Of a stretch of DNA of 64,000 nt, positions 30,128-41,080 are shown piece after piece; position 1 is the first letter of the stretch; the number at the start of each line of letters is the position of its first letter. The DNA is from Nitrospinales bacterium (GTDB lineage Bacteria > Nitrospinota > Nitrospinia > Nitrospinales > VA-1): assembly GCA_965262115.1 (NCBI GenBank), contig OZ253496.1, positions 1,472,001-1,536,000 of the forward strand, given 5' to 3'. Below the pieces are notes generated by a model that was given only the letters and a program-made list of their open reading frames with translations, searched no databases and was not told the origin of the DNA. Both the position numbers and the translations under genes were made by a program.

Positions 30128-32353
30128 ATGAAAAATAGAGGCATAGTTTTTAAACTGACATCGTTGATTCTCGTCGTCTCGGTTTTATTCTTCCTGATTG
30201 TCAGTAACCATAACTCAAAGAAAATTCGCTCTATATTCAAAGGTAACCTGAGGGAATCAGCAGAGAATTTATCCTATTCCACGTTAAATAAAATAGAATC
30301 GATTCTTAAGGCCGTCGAAAAAGTTCCCCAACAAATTGCTATTTCTTTGGAAGGTTCCTCCCACAGCAAGGAGGATCTGCTGCTTCTCATTCGCCAGGTT
30401 GTGGAAAACAATCCTGAAATTTATGGGTCCACCATCGCATTTGAACCCTATATGTTTGATCCCGACTCACTCTATTTCGCGCCTTATTTTTACAAGCATA
30501 AGGATGATGTAAAATTCACCTTTATCGGGGACGAGTCCTACAAGTACTTTTCATGGGACTGGTACAAGCTTCCCAAAGAGCAAAATAAACCCATGTGGAG
30601 CGAACCTTATTTTGATGAAGGAGCCGGAAATATTGTCATGTCCACTTATTCGGTTCCCTTTTACCGCAATGTAAAAGGAGAAAAAAGATTATGGGGAATC
30701 GTGACCGCCGACATTTCGCTTGCGTGGTTGCAGGAAATGGTGTCTTCCATAAAAATTGCCAAAACAGGTTTTGCCTTTCTCATTTCCAAAAAGGGAACCC
30801 TTGTCACCCATCCCATGCAAGACCTGATCATGAATCACACTATTTTCAGTCTTGCGGATAAGTTTGACCAGCCAGAGCTTCATAAACTGGGGCAAAGCAT
30901 GGTCAACGGCGAAACGAATTTCATTTCCAAGAAGCACCTGTTTACGGGAGAGGACGCCTGGCTGTTCCACGCCCCCCTGCCCTCTAACGGGTGGTCGCTG
31001 GGAGTCATTTTCCCTCAGGATGAATTGCTGGCGGGTATCAACAAACTGCAGATGGAACTGCAGGCCTTTGCCGCTGGTGGAATGGCGCTGCTACTGCTTG
31101 CCATCTGGCTCATCGCACGGTCTATCACCCGGCCTCTTGGTGTCTTGTCGAATGCGACGGAGCAGATGGTAATTGGAAAAACATGTGACCTCGTTTCGCA
31201 GATAGACTCGACCGACGAGGTTGGAAGACTGGCGAAATCGTTCTGCGCTATGGAGCAGGAGATTAAAAAACATATTCAACAGATTGAGGACATTTCAAAG
31301 CTTCCCGGTGAAAATCCCAATCCCGTATTTCGCGCTGGAGCAAACGGAAAGGTTCTTTACGCCAATAAGGCGGCCACCACCGTTCTGGCAGATTGGAGCA
31401 TCAAGGTGGGTAGCAGCCTTCCGGAAGTTTTTCATGAACCGACTGCTGCGGCTATGAAGCTGGAAAAAAATCAGCAAATGGAAGTGGAGCTTGAAGAAAG
31501 AATTTTCACCTTTGAACTCATGCCCGTTATCGAATCTGGTTATATCAATATTTATGGTAGAAATATAACAGAGAGACGTAAGGCCGAGAAGGAGTTGAAC
31601 AGAATCACCGTCGAAAAAAACCGGATCGAAGGTGAAGTGAAATTGGCCACGCTGGTTCAGGAAGGCTTTTTGCCAGAGGCTCCCCCCACCTTTCCAAATT
31701 ATGAATTTTCCGCCCATACTGTTCCCGCAAAATTTGTTGGTGGAGATTTTTATGATTTCATTGCAATCGATTCGAACCGTCTGGGAATAATCCTCGGTGA
31801 TGTTTCTGGTAAGGGTGTCTCGGCTGCTTTATATATGGCGCGCTTGATGAGCGATATAAAATACGTATCGCTGATTGATCCTGAACCTGTTCAGGTCATT
31901 TTCAATATGAATAATATTCTGGTCAAGCGGTCTCGAAAGGGGATGTTTGCCACCGCCTCCTATCTATTATTGGATGTCAAGAACCGTAAACTGAAAATAT
32001 GTAATGCGGGTCACCATGCCCTCATGATAAGGCGGAACAAAACAATCCTCGAAGCAGGTAAAGCAGGGGGAATTCCTTTGGGGATTGTGAAAAATAGCAA
32101 TTACATCGAAGAAGAAATTTCTCTTTTGCCGGGAGACCTGGTGTTCCTTTACTCGGATGGCGCGGTGGAGCCGGTGAACTCTGAAAAGGAACCATTCGGC
32201 ATAGAACGAATCCAGTCCATCCTTCTGGAATTAGAAGGGACACCACAAGAGATACTAAAAAAAATCACCGATTCCATCGGGCAGTTCACTCAAGGCGCTT
32301 CCCAGTTCGACGATATGACCTTCTTAATGTTCAAGGTGGCCAACGGCCGCTAG
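30128..32353 (+). CDS. Cache-HAMP-PAS-SpoIIE (PP2C) sensor phosphatase
   Basis: WSEPYFD Cache, HAMP, VGGDFYD, GDVSGKG, YSDG, DDMT. Confidence 0.92.
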   Translation: MKNRGIVFKLTSLILVVSVLFFLIVSNHNSKKIRSIFKGNLRESAENLSYSTLNKIESILKAVEKVPQQIAISLEGSSHSKEDLLLLIRQVVENNPEIYGSTIAFEPYMFDPDSLYFAPYFYKHKDDVKFTFIGDESYKYFSWDWYKLPKEQNKPMWSEPYFDEGAGNIVMSTYSVPFYRNVKGEKRLWGIVTADISLAWLQEMVSSIKIAKTGFAFLISKKGTLVTHPMQDLIMNHTIFSLADKFDQPELHKLGQSMVNGETNFISKKHLFTGEDAWLFHAPLPSNGWSLGVIFPQDELLAGINKLQMELQAFAAGGMALLLLAIWLIARSITRPLGVLSNATEQMVIGKTCDLVSQIDSTDEVGRLAKSFCAMEQEIKKHIQQIEDISKLPGENPNPVFRAGANGKVLYANKAATTVLADWSIKVGSSLPEVFHEPTAAAMKLEKNQQMEVELEERIFTFELMPVIESGYINIYGRNITERRKAEKELNRITVEKNRIEGEVKLATLVQEGFLPEAPPTFPNYEFSAHTVPAKFVGGDFYDFIAIDSNRLGIILGDVSGKGVSAALYMARLMSDIKYVSLIDPEPVQVIFNMNNILVKRSRKGMFATASYLLLDVKNRKLKICNAGHHALMIRRNKTILEAGKAGGIPLGIVKNSNYIEEEISLLPGDLVFLYSDGAVEPVNSEKEPFGIERIQSILLELEGTPQEILKKITDSIGQFTQGASQFDDMTFLMFKVANGR

Positions 32354-32498
32354 ACAGCGTGACGCTGGACCCAAAAGTAAAACATTCAGGCGAACAATAA
32401 GTTCTCTTGGCTTGATGAATGGTTGTTCATTGCCCCTCTGGCGAAGAGTGGCGAATTCCACCCACTAGCCATGGAGACAAATAGTCGATGCCTCGGCT

Positions 32499-34277
32499 TC
32501 AATTACGTTTTAAGTGGTGATAGGAAGCACCGGCACCTTGCGGGATTCTTATATCATCGACCATATCCCTGATCTCATCCGGGGGTGGGGCGGTGACGCG
32601 GCTGACCAGAATAGCGACCACGAAATTAAACACCATCCCTAAAGTTCCGATTCCTTCAGGAGAAATTCCAAACCACCAGTTTTCCGCTGAATTTATCGAG
32701 GGATTGATGAACTTAAAATAGATGATATAACCGGCGGTGAAGGCGAGTCCGGTCACCATTCCGGCGATGGCCCCTTCTCGGTTCATGCGCTTCGAAAAGA
32801 TTCCCATTAAAATAACCGGGAAGAATGACGAAGCTGCGAGGCCAAAGGCAAACGCCACCACCTGCGCGACGAATACGGGTGGGTGGGTACCAAAATATCC
32901 AGCGATGGTGATGGCCAGTGCCGCCGACATCCGGGCAAAAAGAAGTTCCTGCTTGTCAGTAATATTCTTCAAGAACATTTTTTTCAAAAGATCGTGAGAA
33001 ATGGAAGTCGAGATGACCAGCAGCAACCCGGCGGCGGTGGAGAGTGCTGCGGCGAGTCCCCCTGCCGCGACCAGCGCGATCACCCAGTTGGGCAGATTGG
33101 CGATTTCCGGATTGGCCAGAACCATGATGTCGCGGTCGATATAGAGCTCGTTGCCATTATCGGTTGGTGAATTTGAAATTTTTCTTTCTCCTTCAGGGCC
33201 GCGTGCTTCCAGAAACTGCGGCTTCCCGTCGAACGCTTTTCCCGCAGAATATTGGATCTTTCCATCCTGATTTTTATCGATCCAGGCGATGAGGTTGGTG
33301 TTCTCCCAGTTCCTGAACCATGAAGGGGTTGCCTGATATTCGGCATTGTTAACGGTGTTGATGAGATTAACCCGGGCAAAAGAGGCCAATGCCGGAGCCG
33401 TGGTATAGAGTATGGCAATAAACATCAGCGCATACCCCGCAGAGATACGGGCATCTCGGACTCTGGGAACGGTAAAGAATCTTACAATGACGTGGGGCAG
33501 ACCGGCAGTGCCCACCATGAGCGCGGCGGTGATGAAGAACACATCGATGGTGGATTTATTACCCGCCGTATAAGCTGCAAATCCAAGTTCTTCAGATAAC
33601 TGATCGAGCCTGTCCAGAAGGTAGGTGCCGTCGGCCAGAGTACCGCCGAATCCCAATTGCGGCACGGGGTTCCCCGTCATCATCATCGATATGAAGATGG
33701 CAGGAACCAGAAACGCAAAAATCAAAATGCAGTACTGCGCTACCTGGGTGTAGGTGATTCCCTTCATGCCACCAAACACGGCATAAAAAAATACAATGGC
33801 CATGCCAATTAAAACACCGGTGGTGATTTCCACTTCGAGAAAACGGGAGAAAACGATTCCTACCCCGCGCATTTGGCCCGCCACATAGGTGAACGAAACA
33901 AATAAAACACAAACAACGGCGACCCCCCGGGCAATGTCGGAATAATAACGGTCCCCAACAAAATCGGGAACGGTGTATTTACCGAACTTGCGCAAATAGG
34001 GCGCGAGGAGTAATGCGAGCAAAACATAGCCTCCAGTCCACCCCATCAGGTAAACGGCGCCATCGCGGCCGATGAAAGAGATGATGCCCGCCATGGAGAT
34101 GAAAGATGCGGCCGACATCCAGTCGGCGGCTGTCGCCATGCCGTTGGCGAGTGGCGGAACGCCTCCACCGGCGACATAGAAGTCGTCGGTGTTCCCGGCC
34201 CGCGCCCAGATGGCAATGCCAATATAAAGCGCGAAGGTGGCCCCAACAAAAATAAAAGTTAAAGTCTGAACATCCAT
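32499..34277 (-). CDS. actP: Sodium:solute symporter, acetate permease ActP-like
   Basis: NGMATAADWMSAASF, GTAGLPHV..RFFTV. Confidence 0.88.
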   Translation of the reverse strand: MDVQTLTFIFVGATFALYIGIAIWARAGNTDDFYVAGGGVPPLANGMATAADWMSAASFISMAGIISFIGRDGAVYLMGWTGGYVLLALLLAPYLRKFGKYTVPDFVGDRYYSDIARGVAVVCVLFVSFTYVAGQMRGVGIVFSRFLEVEITTGVLIGMAIVFFYAVFGGMKGITYTQVAQYCILIFAFLVPAIFISMMMTGNPVPQLGFGGTLADGTYLLDRLDQLSEELGFAAYTAGNKSTIDVFFITAALMVGTAGLPHVIVRFFTVPRVRDARISAGYALMFIAILYTTAPALASFARVNLINTVNNAEYQATPSWFRNWENTNLIAWIDKNQDGKIQYSAGKAFDGKPQFLEARGPEGERKISNSPTDNGNELYIDRDIMVLANPEIANLPNWVIALVAAGGLAAALSTAAGLLLVISTSISHDLLKKMFLKNITDKQELLFARMSAALAITIAGYFGTHPPVFVAQVVAFAFGLAASSFFPVILMGIFSKRMNREGAIAGMVTGLAFTAGYIIYFKFINPSINSAENWWFGISPEGIGTLGMVFNFVVAILVSRVTAPPPDEIRDMVDDIRIPQGAGASYHHLKRN

Positions 34278-34279
34278 CT

Positions 34280-34600
34280 TTATTTTTTAGGTTCCTGATC
34301 GTGGTAATAAGAGTCGTCAGAGGCAAAATGGTCCCGGTCCTCATCCACCCCATATTTATGGTCGAGTTTGTTCATCTTGTAGATATAGATGAAGATGAGG
34401 ATGACGAAACAGAAAATGGAACCCTGTTGCGCCATCCAGAAACCGAACTTGAAGCCGAAGAAGCGAAACTGGTCCAGAACATCAACAAACAGGATTGCCA
34501 TGCCAAAGGAGACGATGAACCAGACGGATAGAAGGGAAAGGACGAGCCGGATATTTTCTTTCCAGTAGGCTTTGGCTTCGGGGCTGTGAGAATCGCTCAT
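34280..34600 (-). CDS. DUF4212 small membrane partner of the symporter
   Basis: YWKENIRL, GFWMAQQGS, LD.KYGV; adjacent to actP. Confidence 0.85.
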   Translation of the reverse strand: MSDSHSPEAKAYWKENIRLVLSLLSVWFIVSFGMAILFVDVLDQFRFFGFKFGFWMAQQGSIFCFVILIFIYIYKMNKLDHKYGVDEDRDHFASDDSYYHDQEPKK

Positions 34601-34856
34601 TGATTTTTCTCGAAAAGGGTTTGAAATAAACGAGCTAAAGCCTAACAAAACGGCGAGAGTTTTGACAATATCCAAATGACTGGCAGGTTGCTAAAAAACT
34701 CAACACAGATGTATTCTGAATGTATGGTATTCAACCTTTACCCCACCCCTGCTAAAGCAAAGAATTTAGCTTGTTAATCTATATTGAGGAGCTTCTGGGC
34801 TCTTCATTTTGAAATACTAGTAATATACTAATATCTACTAAACTAGTAATTAATGA

Positions 34857-34885
34857 TTGACATGTTTAAAATACTAAAATATAAT
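34857..34885 (+). promoter_or_regulatory. Consensus sigma70 promoter for the Fic gene
   Basis: TTGACA-17-TATAAT embedded in repeated ACTA/TAGT motifs. Confidence 0.75.
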
Positions 34886-34919
34886 TAGTTAGTAGATAGA
34901 TTTTGATGGAGAAAGATTC

Positions 34920-36272
34920 TTGAAAATCCCCGAAAAAGCCCCGGATATCAGCAGTATTGCTCTGGCTGACTACGAGCATTTAACTGAAATTGCGAAGAAT
35001 GAAGATTTCATTTCACTAATTAAAAAGGCTAATAGCCGCTATTTATATTGGGAAAAATTTAAATATTGTATTCCGCATGATGTGGTTAGCCCTCGTCTCG
35101 CTTGGCATTATTTGAAACTTACTCGTGTGGCTCAAGCGAGAAGAATTCCCTTAAGGGATCAAGCAGATCAATATTTTAACTATTGGTTGCCAGATAAAAT
35201 TCAGGAAGATTTGCACTTTGTGGATAAATATGCGGGAGGACAGATTTCTCTCGATAAGCCTATTATAAACCAAGAATCGCCGGATCGTTATCTAATTTCT
35301 TCTCTCATGGAGGAAGCTATTTCCTCTAGCATGTTAGAAGGGGCGGCGACTACCCGAAAAAAGGCAAAGCAAATGTTGCTATCTGGGAAAAAGCCAGTTT
35401 CCCATGCAGACAGGATGATTTATAACAATTACAGGACGATTAAAAGGTTGCGCAAACTTAAAGACCAGCCTCTTACGGTGGAGATTCTTAATGACCTCCA
35501 TCATTTAATTACTGAAGACACATTTGATGATCCGGGTATTTCTGGAAGATTCAGGAATGAAAACGATGAGCTTGTTTCAGTAATGGATGATCAAGGCACA
35601 ATTTTGTATATTCCACCCCATTACAATGAAATTGAGCGGCAGGTAAATGAGCTGATAGAGTTTGCAAATGAAAATCATTCTTCAGCAAACTTTATTCACC
35701 CAGTGATCAAAGCAATTATTTTGCATTTTGGCATTGGTTATATACATCCTTATAATGATGGAAATGGAAGAACTGCCAGAGCTCTTTTTTATTGGCTTAT
35801 GTTAAAAAATGGGTATTGGATGACGGAGTATATTTCTATTTCAAGAATCCTGTTAAAGTCCGCCAAACAATATGCCCGAGCATATTTGTATACGGAGATG
35901 GATGATCAAGATCTTACTTATTTTATTTCATATCATCTAAAGTCGTTGAGATTGGCTTTTCAGGAATTAAGAGTTTATATTTCTCGAAGACAGAAAACCA
36001 TCGGTTTTTTTTCCGAAGCTTTACAGACTCATCCAGACTTGAACTTGCGGCAGGTTAATATATTGAAGCATGCTTTAAGTCATTCCGGGTTTTCTTATAC
36101 GATTCAACAGCATAAAAATTTTCATGGAGTCACCTACCAAACCGCGAGAACCGATTTATTGGATTTATCAAAAAAGAATATGATGGAGCTTATTAAAAGG
36201 GGGAAAACTTTTTATTTTGTATTGAATAAAAAAATCGGGGATTCCATGGATAAAATGACTGAAAAATCCTAA
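34920..36272 (+). CDS. Fic family protein
   Basis: HPYNDGNGRTAR; SSMLEG inhibitory motif; C-terminal HTH (YQTARTDL); AT-rich. Confidence 0.95.
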   Translation: MKIPEKAPDISSIALADYEHLTEIAKNEDFISLIKKANSRYLYWEKFKYCIPHDVVSPRLAWHYLKLTRVAQARRIPLRDQADQYFNYWLPDKIQEDLHFVDKYAGGQISLDKPIINQESPDRYLISSLMEEAISSSMLEGAATTRKKAKQMLLSGKKPVSHADRMIYNNYRTIKRLRKLKDQPLTVEILNDLHHLITEDTFDDPGISGRFRNENDELVSVMDDQGTILYIPPHYNEIERQVNELIEFANENHSSANFIHPVIKAIILHFGIGYIHPYNDGNGRTARALFYWLMLKNGYWMTEYISISRILLKSAKQYARAYLYTEMDDQDLTYFISYHLKSLRLAFQELRVYISRRQKTIGFFSEALQTHPDLNLRQVNILKHALSHSGFSYTIQQHKNFHGVTYQTARTDLLDLSKKNMMELIKRGKTFYFVLNKKIGDSMDKMTEKS

Positions 36273-36382
36273 TGATTTTTGAATATTTTTATTTCTTTCG
36301 AAGTAAAAATCCAAATTGGAAGGAGATATAACAGTGGCATGAAGTTAAGGACGGGGATATCACAACCTCCCTCGTCAGAGGG

Positions 36383-36469
36383 TGGTGCCGGAGGTCGGAA
36401 TCGAACCGACACGAGGTTGCCCTCGCAGGATTTTGAATCCTGTGCGTCTACCAATTTCACCACTCCGGC
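36383..36469 (-). tRNA. tRNA-Leu(CAA)
   Basis: Reverse strand: CAGGA-TT-CAA-AA-TCCTG arm, long variable arm, CCA end. Confidence 0.96.
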
Positions 36470-36808
36470 ACTCTAGGTTTTTGCTCTTTTTGACTTTGCT
36501 GAAACCGGAATATACCATAAAGTCAGCAAAATTTTCAATCACCCACTCTGCCGGGCGCTCACTAATGGTCCGATTTACCAGGCTTCCGGAAAAAATATGG
36601 GCCAATTAAAAGATATTGATTTACCGTTCCCGGCTGATCAAGGAATTGGGAATTAAATAAAAGACTCCTCTTCGATAAATCGGAAATTCTGCTAAACTGC
36701 CCACCACTAGCCGTGGAGGCAGATAGCAAGGGCTCATTAAGCCGAGTTAACCAGTCGCCTGCTATTAAGACTATTGCAGTCGGCCCTACGCCGAGTAGAA
36801 GGAGAATT

Positions 36809-37651
36809 ATGGTTCTGATTGACGGTAAAAAAGTATCCGCAGAAATCCGCAGCCGCCTGACAAAGGAGACGGCGGAATTAAAAAATAAAACAGATCGTGC
36901 GCCGGGTCTGGCTACTGTTCTGGTTGGTGAGGACCCGGCTTCGGCAGTGTATGTGCGTAATAAAAATAAGATTTGCAAGGAGGTTGGATTTCAGTCTTTC
37001 GAACAAAACCTGCCTGCGGAAACGACCGAGACGCAATTATTAGGCCTCATCAAGGAGCTGAACGAAAATGACGCAGTGAATGGCATTCTTGTGCAATTGC
37101 CGCTACCCAGTCATATCGATTCGGAAAAGATTCTTTTATCCATTGATCCAAAAAAAGATGTGGATGGTTTTCATCCCATCAATGTCGGTAAGCTGGCCAT
37201 TGGTACTGCCCTCCTCACTCCGTGCACGCCAACGGGAATCATTGCCTTGCTGGATTATTATGGTATCGAAATTTCCGGTAAGCATGCGGTTGTTCTTGGC
37301 CGAAGCAATATTGTGGGCAAACCCGTGGCAAATTTGTTATTGCAACGGCACGCCACGGTTACTATTTGCCATTCAAAAACCACGAACCTGAAACAAGTTA
37401 CCCATCAAGCGGATATATTGATCGCTGCGGTAGGCCGGGCCCATTTTGTCAATTCTGATATGGTGAAGGAAGGCGCGGTGGTGATAGATGTGGGAATCAA
37501 CCGCGTGAACGGAAAACTTACCGGCGATGTGGACTTTGATCCGGTCGCTGAAAAAGCCGGGTTCATCACTCCCGTTCCAGGTGGAGTGGGACCCATGACC
37601 ATTGCGCTCCTCATGGAAAATACGTTAAAAGCCTTTAAAGCTTCGTTATAG
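36809..37651 (+). CDS. folD: Methylenetetrahydrofolate dehydrogenase/cyclohydrolase
   Basis: YVRNK, GILVQLPLP, KDVDGFHP, GRSNIVGKP, TPVPGGVGPMT; RBS AAGGAG. Confidence 0.98.
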   Translation: MVLIDGKKVSAEIRSRLTKETAELKNKTDRAPGLATVLVGEDPASAVYVRNKNKICKEVGFQSFEQNLPAETTETQLLGLIKELNENDAVNGILVQLPLPSHIDSEKILLSIDPKKDVDGFHPINVGKLAIGTALLTPCTPTGIIALLDYYGIEISGKHAVVLGRSNIVGKPVANLLLQRHATVTICHSKTTNLKQVTHQADILIAAVGRAHFVNSDMVKEGAVVIDVGINRVNGKLTGDVDFDPVAEKAGFITPVPGGVGPMTIALLMENTLKAFKASL

Positions 37652-37687
37652 GAAAATACGGTAAATCAAAACTGTCCTGAAAATTTT

Positions 37688-39106
37688 ATGATCCGCAAAA
37701 GGCAAAGCCGCAAAGCCCCGCAACCGCTCTTAGCCGAAGACCCGGCTGAGACGCCGAGCCATCCCACGATAGAAAATCCGCAGGTATACAGTGTCAGCGG
37801 ATTGACCCGGGATATTCGCGCCATATTGGAAGCGGCGTTTGACTCGGTGTGGGTGGAGGGGGAAATCTCCAATTTCAGAACCGTGGCTTCTGGTCATAGT
37901 TATTTTGTTTTGAAAGACGAAAAGTCTCAGATCCGTTGTGCTTTATTTAAAGGTTACCTGGCAGGAATAAAATTTCAACCGGAAGATGGCGATCAGGTTT
38001 TAATGTTTGGTCGGATCAGTGTCTACGATGCCCGGGGCGAATACCAGATCATTGCCGAGTCCCTGGAACCAAGAGGACTGGGTGCCCTGCAAAAAGCCTT
38101 CGAGCAGTTAAAGGAAAAGCTGGATAAGGAAGGTTTGTTTGATGAAGATAAAAAGAAACCCCTGCCTGAATTTCCCTGGAAGGTAGGAGTCGTCACCTCT
38201 TCGACCGGTGCCGCCGTCAGAGACATCCTCAATATAATAAGAAGGAGAAATCCGAAAGTTTCTGTACTACTATGCCCTGCAAAAGTCCAGGGTGAAGGAG
38301 CGGCTGAAGAAATCGCCCGTGGTATTGAAGAACTAAACCAAAGAAAAGATATTGAGGTGATCATTGTCGGGCGCGGAGGAGGTTCGCTGGAAGACCTGTG
38401 GGCGTTTAATGAAGAAGTAGTGGCTCGTGCCATATTTGCATCCCATATCCCTGTTGTTTCTGCGGTGGGACACGAAATAGATTTTACCATTGCAGATTTT
38501 GTGGCCGACTTGAGAGCGCCGACCCCTTCGGCGGCGGCCGAGTTAACCGTACCCCTTCTGCAAGATACGGTTCGAGAAATTCGCTCCCTGAATGAAGCAT
38601 TGATAACAACCCTGCAAAAGAAGCTGGAATATTATAGTGATCTATTAAAAAGGCTGATGGACAGGCGGTTCTTCCACCAACCCAAAGAAATATTCAATCT
38701 GCAAATTCAGCGCCTGGATGATCTGCATGTCCGGCTGCTCCGGGGACTTGAGCAAAGCCTGGTGTCCCACCAACAGAGACTGCAGGACAAAATACATCTA
38801 TTATTTCAAGCCTCACCCGAAAAGCATATTCAACATATGAAAGAAAATCGGATGATGCTGGAAAAAAGAATGTTGCATATCATCCAGTCCCAGGTGCGTT
38901 TCAATAAGGAACGCTTTGAAGGAATATTAAAAAACCTGAACGCCATCAATCCACTGGCTATTTTAGAAAGAGGGTATAGTATTTGCTCGAAAGATGAAGA
39001 ATCTCTGAAAAATACGGAAGGGGTCAATCCGGGAGATAACGTTAAAATAAGACTCTCTCGTGGAGGCCTGGATTGCACCGTAAAAAAAATTATAGAGGAA
39101 AACTAA
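37688..39106 (+). CDS. xseA: Exodeoxyribonuclease VII large subunit
   Basis: WVEGEISN, SGH.YF.LKD, RGGGSLEDLWAFN, SAVGHE.D, APTPSAAAE. Confidence 0.97.
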   Translation: MIRKRQSRKAPQPLLAEDPAETPSHPTIENPQVYSVSGLTRDIRAILEAAFDSVWVEGEISNFRTVASGHSYFVLKDEKSQIRCALFKGYLAGIKFQPEDGDQVLMFGRISVYDARGEYQIIAESLEPRGLGALQKAFEQLKEKLDKEGLFDEDKKKPLPEFPWKVGVVTSSTGAAVRDILNIIRRRNPKVSVLLCPAKVQGEGAAEEIARGIEELNQRKDIEVIIVGRGGGSLEDLWAFNEEVVARAIFASHIPVVSAVGHEIDFTIADFVADLRAPTPSAAAELTVPLLQDTVREIRSLNEALITTLQKKLEYYSDLLKRLMDRRFFHQPKEIFNLQIQRLDDLHVRLLRGLEQSLVSHQQRLQDKIHLLFQASPEKHIQHMKENRMMLEKRMLHIIQSQVRFNKERFEGILKNLNAINPLAILERGYSICSKDEESLKNTEGVNPGDNVKIRLSRGGLDCTVKKIIEEN

Positions 39107-39379
39107 GACGAATTTTATTGCAGGTCTTTTGTGGATAGTATTCCGACAAAGTTTTTGTCACGGGTTACAAGAAGCGACCCGATTGCATTATCATAAATTT
39201 TATTGGCGGCGTTATTAACGCTTTCATCTTGCTCAATACTTAAGACAGGGTTTGTCATGCGATCGTTAACAGTTTCCATGGTCACACCAAAAATATTTTT
39301 AGAAAAAAAGAGATAATAGTTAATATAATTTTACTAACAGTTTATTGTCAATATAAACTTGTTTTCAAAGAGGCCGATT

Positions 39380-39607
39380 ATGGGTGAAATAAAATTTGAA
39401 AAAGCCATACAAAGGCTTGAAAAAATAGTCGATGACCTGGAAACGGGAGAATTGGACATTGATAAGTCTCTCGAGATTTTTGAAGAAGGGATAAAGATGT
39501 CGCGTGTTTGCTCGAAGAAATTGAGCGAAGCTGAAGCCAAAATAGAAAAGCTGACTCGCGATCAGAAGGGGAAATTGACGACCGAACTTTTTCCCGTAGA
39601 AGAATAA
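39380..39607 (+). CDS. xseB: Exodeoxyribonuclease VII small subunit
   Basis: FE.A..RLE.IV..LE, FEEG, L..AE.KI. Confidence 0.95.
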   Translation: MGEIKFEKAIQRLEKIVDDLETGELDIDKSLEIFEEGIKMSRVCSKKLSEAEAKIEKLTRDQKGKLTTELFPVEE

Positions 39608-39608
39608 A

Positions 39609-40452
39609 ATGACAAATAAAAATATGAAAATCCGCCTCGATCAGTTATTGGTAAAAAAAACTCGCCAGCACGAGAGAAAAAGCCCACGCCATCATTCTAG
39701 CGGGCAAAGTAAGAATAAACGATACCGTTGCCGATAAACCTGGTCGACGGGTTCCTGAAGATTGTCTTCCCGTTATTCTTGGTGAACCCCAACCCTTTGC
39801 CAGCAGGGGCGGGGTGAAGCTGGATCACGCCTTAAAACAATTCCATGTTTTGCCCTCAGGAAAAACTGCTGTGGATGTGGGAGCCTCCACGGGCGGGTTT
39901 ACCGATTGCCTTTTGCAAAATGGCGCTGAAAAAGTGTATGCCGTGGATGTCGGCTACGGGCAGTTGGACTGGAAGCTTCGTAACGACTCCCGGGTCATTT
40001 GCCTGGATCGGAAAAATGCCCGAACCTTATGCAAAGAGGATATCGGGGAAATGCTGGACCTGGCTGTGATCGATGTGTCGTTCATCTCGCTCCAGATTGT
40101 CATACCCCCCTTGCTGGAAATGCTCAAGCCTGAAGGAGAGCTGGTTGCCCTGGTCAAACCTCAGTTTGAAGTCGGGAAAGAGGAAGTGGAAAACCGCGGC
40201 ATCATTAAAGACCCGGCCAAGCATATTCGGGTACTACTCGACTTGAACCGTTTTATTGAGGAAAAAGGCTGGGCGGTGACAGCGGTAACAGAATCCCCCA
40301 TTACCGGACAAAAAGGCAACCGAGAATTTTTGGTTCATTGCGTACACGGTTTTTACGGAAAACCTGTTGCGGAAGAGGCCATCCGCCAACTAGTCCTGAC
40401 ACCCGGCGAGCCGCCGGGGGCAAATAGCAAGGGCCTAATTGAGCCGAGATAA
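39609..40452 (+). pseudogene. tlyA: TlyA rRNA methyltransferase, frameshifted at an A8 tract
   Basis: RLDQLLV out of frame with LASTREKA...SRGG.KL, DVGASTGGFTD, DVSFIS, KPQFE. Confidence 0.85.
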
Positions 40453-40599
40453 CTCTTTGCCAGCAAGTAAAGCGATTGCTCGCTGGCCCCACGCCGAGTG
40501 GGCGGAGAACCTCCGCAGGTAACTGGCAATAGCGGTTAAATGCGCTCTGAAAGTGTGGGTAGCTATAGAATGTTTGCTCGTTGACCCCACGCCTAGTGG

Positions 40600-40956
40600 T
40601 TACAGTTCGTCTTTATAGACGATGAAACAATCTGCGGGATAGACCAAGTGGGTGTCCCCCCACTGTTTGGAAGCCCCCGGGTCCCATTGTGTTTCGTCTT
40701 CGAGGGGTTTCATGCGCACGCCGCCCGATCCGCCATAAATGAGCAGGGCAACTCCGTCTCCGGATTCTTCCACCTTGCAGGCATAGGCTGGACAAGGTGT
40801 ATTGGAATCTGCGTCCCAACCGGTGACCTGAACCGGTTGTTCCTCACCGTTTACCGGGTATTTGATGCAATACAACTCCCGGGGAGGACTGATATCCCGG
40901 AAAATCATATTGAAACTCCGTTCAGTGTTGGAGTTGGAATCGACCTCGACAAACAC
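40600..40956 (-). CDS. Hypothetical protein
   Basis: GGAG RBS upstream; protein-like composition. Confidence 0.65.
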   Translation of the reverse strand: MFVEVDSNSNTERSFNMIFRDISPPRELYCIKYPVNGEEQPVQVTGWDADSNTPCPAYACKVEESGDGVALLIYGGSGGVRMKPLEDETQWDPGASKQWGDTHLVYPADCFIVYKDEL

Positions 40957-41051
40957 GGGTATTCTCCATTAAAGAATTGGGAAGAGCTATCTTACCCTTA
41001 TTCAATGGGTGGGGTAAAGCTAAGAGATTTAAATGGAAAGAAAAAGGGCAT

Positions 41052-41080
41052 AAAAAAATCGGGTGTGTTTGCACACCCGA
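41052..41080 (-). terminator. Intrinsic terminator
   Basis: TCGGGTGTG/CACACCCGA stem followed by T7 on the minus strand. Confidence 0.6.
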
